Made by a program: the position numbers and the translations under genes. Below the pieces are notes generated by a model, which did no database searches, had not been told where the DNA came from, and saw nothing but the letters and a program-made list of their open reading frames with translations. A stretch of DNA of 64,000 nucleotides from Bdellovibrionales bacterium. Its GTDB lineage: Bacteria; Bdellovibrionota; Bdellovibrionia; Bdellovibrionales; JAUICD01. The stretch spans positions 288,001-352,000 of the forward strand of contig OZ241865.1 in assembly GCA_965203275.1 (NCBI GenBank), in the 5' to 3' direction. Positions 61,409 through 64,000 of the stretch are shown piece by piece. Positions within the stretch are counted from its first letter, which is position 1. Each line of letters begins with the position of its first letter.

Positions 61409-62662
61409 TTAAGTCTTATCTTGACAAGCTTTTAAAAAAGCCAAAGCTTCTTTTTTACTTTGCACTTTATTATTTAGTTGGGCTTTTCTTAAAGCTTTAA
61501 GCATATATCCTAAACGTTGACCTGAGGGAAACCCCATGGCTTTTAAATCATGCCCTGAAAAAAAATGTGGGGGTAGTTGTGGGTAATCTTGTTTTATTTG
61601 AGAAAGCTTATTTAAAATATCTTTTCTTTCAAATGTTTTAAGCAAAGAACAAATGTCTTCAAAATGAGGATCAGCGACAATCTGTCTGAAATCAGCTAAA
61701 GATTTATTTTCTATGCCGTCTCTGACAAGACAAGACAAAGATAAAATCCAATGGATATTTTTGTCAGACATCTTTATTTTTTTAAAAAAAACTTTTGTAT
61801 ATTTAAGAGGCCAATGATAGGTCATAGCTGCTAAGCGGGCATTGAGAGAGCCATAAAGAGTGATCACAGGCCATTGCAAACAGGGAAGATCTACACCTTT
61901 TAAAAAAGCATCAAAAAGATTTGTGGATTCGAGCAATTCAAGTCCTTTTTGATGGTTTGGGGCCATCAAAGTTTTAGAAAGTTCTTGTTTGATACGCTCT
62001 ATGCTCACCAAAGTGATTTGAGATCTTTTAACTTTAATGGCTTTAAGTGTTTTACTTTCTATGTTCCAATTGAGTTGAGCAGCAAAACGGATGGCACGCA
62101 ATAACCTTAAAGCATCTTCTGAGAATCGTTCTTCGGCTATGCCAATGGCTCGGATTTGTTTCTGCACAATATCTTTATAGCCTTCTACAAAATCCATTAG
62201 TTTATTATTGAGTGTATCAAAAAACAAACCATTGCAGGTAAAGTCTCTTCTCTGTGCATCTGTTTCAGGTGTTGCAGATGTGATTTGTTCAGGGTGTCTT
62301 CCATCTTTATAATCACCGTCGCTTCGGAAAGAAGTGATTTCATAATCTTGAGTGTTTCCGCATACAATGATTGTGCCGAAGGCTTTCCCCACAGAAAGTG
62401 TCTTAGGAAAAAGCTTTTCTATATCAGAAGCCAGAGCATCTGTTGCAAAGTCAATATCTGTAGGTGTTATACCGCATAAGGCATCTCGCAGGCAACCTCC
62501 TACAAGCCATGCCTTATAGCCAGCTTTATTAAAATGTTGAACAATATATTGAATATCGGGCCATTGTGGTAAAGATTGAAAAAACAATAAAAGGTCTGTT
62601 GAATGAAAAGTCATTTTTTTATTCATGGCATACATATTTTTATTTGTCAAACTACAAAACAA
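61409..62662 (-). CDS. CCA-adding enzyme / poly(A) polymerase family nucleotidyltransferase
   Basis: LVGGCLRD, DIDF, RRDFTCN, EDALRLLRAIRF, SIERI; start codon uncertain. Confidence 0.92.
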   Translation of the reverse strand: MFCSLTNKNMYAMNKKMTFHSTDLLLFFQSLPQWPDIQYIVQHFNKAGYKAWLVGGCLRDALCGITPTDIDFATDALASDIEKLFPKTLSVGKAFGTIIVCGNTQDYEITSFRSDGDYKDGRHPEQITSATPETDAQRRDFTCNGLFFDTLNNKLMDFVEGYKDIVQKQIRAIGIAEERFSEDALRLLRAIRFAAQLNWNIESKTLKAIKVKRSQITLVSIERIKQELSKTLMAPNHQKGLELLESTNLFDAFLKGVDLPCLQWPVITLYGSLNARLAAMTYHWPLKYTKVFFKKIKMSDKNIHWILSLSCLVRDGIENKSLADFRQIVADPHFEDICSLLKTFERKDILNKLSQIKQDYPQLPPHFFSGHDLKAMGFPSGQRLGYMLKALRKAQLNNKVQSKKEALAFLKACQDKT

Positions 62663-62704
62663 TCATGTATAGCCAGAGGCTTTAGTAATGATAAAGAGAG
62701 CTTT

Positions 62705-63428
62705 TTTTAACATCGTATTTATCCGGGATCTGGGATCCCGGGATCCGGGATCTGGCAACCCGGCATCAAAAGGAACTCTTTTTCCTTAACATTTCACTCA
62801 AAATGAGCCACACCTCTGGTGTGTTTTTGGGCATTGCTCTGACAGCTATCGCTGTCCAAAAAGAGCAATGCCTCAAAAATCTGCTCATTTTGAGTAGGGC
62901 GGATCTCCTTGCTTCTGACACCATGTTAGGGAAAATTTCTTTTATTACCTCAAGGGCAAGCGGATTTACGAATGAAGGACTTTTTCCTTAACATCGTGTA
63001 AAGAGACAAGAGGATTCTTCCTACTAAAAATAAACGGATTTTTGAGGCAATCAGCCTTTGATCGACGGCGAGAGCCGTCGGAAGGTGTAAGAAAGAACGT
63101 TTTCCTTAACATGGAGTTAAGGAACGAAGATATCCTTCCTACTAAAAGTGGTCAAGCTTTCTAGGCAATGACCATTTTGTCAATGGCGAAAGCCATTGCG
63201 GTCATTGCCCAAGGTGTAAGAAAGAACTTTTTCCTTAACATGTGGTCAAGAGACGAAGAGATCCTTCTTCCTAAAATTGAACAAGCTTTTGAGGTAGCCA
63301 GCCTTTGATCGACGACGACAGTCGTCGGGCTGGCTATCCAAAAGTGACCAGAGGTCAGTTCAATTTTAGGGAAACAGAGGCATGATGCATTTTGAGTGAA
63401 AATGACGGCTGGTTTACTTTTAGTGAAA
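62705..63428. repeat. Mosaic array 8: heptamer tract, forward element, two truncated and one complete reverse element, end fragments
   Basis: Tract 62721-62768; 62795-62895 (+); 63023-63081 and 63141-63212 truncated (-); 63270-63371 (-); fragments to 63426. Confidence 0.93.
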
Positions 63429-63546
63429 CAAATGATGTATTTAGACAAAAGAGTCCCTTGTGGTCTCTTTTTTTATTTAAAGTTTAAAGATTTGATTGTC
63501 TTTTTATTTATACCATAATAGTCTTTTAAAAAATAAGGGGGATATT

Positions 63547-64000
63547 ATGCTATTTCAAAGGAAAAAAATTGCTGTGATTGGCAGTGGATTTGTAGGAGCA
63601 ACAGCTGCCCATCAATTAGCTTTTAAGGAGCTAGGAGATGTGGTTCTGTTAGACATTCATGAAGGTATGACAAAAGGTAAAGCTCTTGATTTGTTGGAGT
63701 CTTCCCCTATTTCATATTTTGATAGCCACATTACAGGAACAAAAGACTACAAAGATATTTCCAATTCTGATCTCATCATTATAACAGCTGGATTACCTCG
63801 CAAGCCAGGCATGAGCCGTGATGACTTACTTGCTACTAATGCTAAAATTATGAAGGAAGTTTGCTCAGGCATTAAGCAACATGCACCTGACAGTATTGTC
63901 ATTGTAGTCTCTAACCCTTTAGATGCTATGGCCTACATTGCTAAAAAAGAGCTAAACTTTCCAAGAAATCGCATTTTAGGTATGGCAGGTGTTTTAGATA
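63547..64000 (+). CDS. mdh: Malate dehydrogenase (LDH-like MDH), 3'-truncated by window edge; absent from ORF track
   Basis: Own translation: [17 protein letters not shown]...KGKALDL...[17 protein letters not shown]...VSNPLDAM...GMAGVLD. Confidence 0.93.
   Translation, partial: MLFQRKKIAVIGSGFVGATAAHQLAFKELGDVVLLDIHEGMTKGKALDLLESSPISYFDSHITGTKDYKDISNSDLIIITAGLPRKPGMSRDDLLATNAKIMKEVCSGIKQHAPDSIVIVVSNPLDAMAYIAKKELNFPRNRILGMAGVLD

Noticed and set aside
29668..63448. Short ORFs 29668..29862, 32398..32583, 57732..57920, 57828..58022, 62803..62991 and 63161..63448
   Set aside because: They are translations of the palindromic elements in varying frames and strands, with no RBS or conserved frame.

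Overview
AT-rich bacterial chromosome segment, most consistent with a Bdellovibrionota genome (inference from the pilT-pilC-pilS-pilR block, ihfA-merR, PEGA-domain Ser/Thr kinase, GshA type and several type IV pilins). The ankyrin-fused outer-membrane protein and DUF1640-like paralogues hint at a host-associated lifestyle. It carries about 45 genes (fusA paralogue, rpsA, rpsT, nrdA, sucB, gshA, tnaA, purS/purC, glyA, mdh, two dppA, tadA, xerD-like, ctpA, three pilins) and tRNA-Val(TAC). The most striking feature is non-coding. Eight intergenic mosaic clusters are built from a ~100-bp branched-palindrome element (about 17 complete copies plus about 10 fragments or chimeras, on both strands). 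Its four stems change sequence between copies while keeping Watson-Crick pairing, with a nearly invariant CC-TCT-GG hairpin, a single extrahelical base and a tip loop that reads C-G(N2-3)A-G on one strand. Each copy travels with a GTAG-GGAGGATC/ATGTTAAGGAAA tail and often GC-rich GATCCCR heptamer tracts. Fold-back and chimeric copies suggest active rearrangement, and several clusters bracket surface or accessory genes. No transposase, reverse transcriptase or Cas gene is visible in the window, so any mobilising enzyme would be encoded elsewhere. All calls come from reading the sequence only; no database searches were run.
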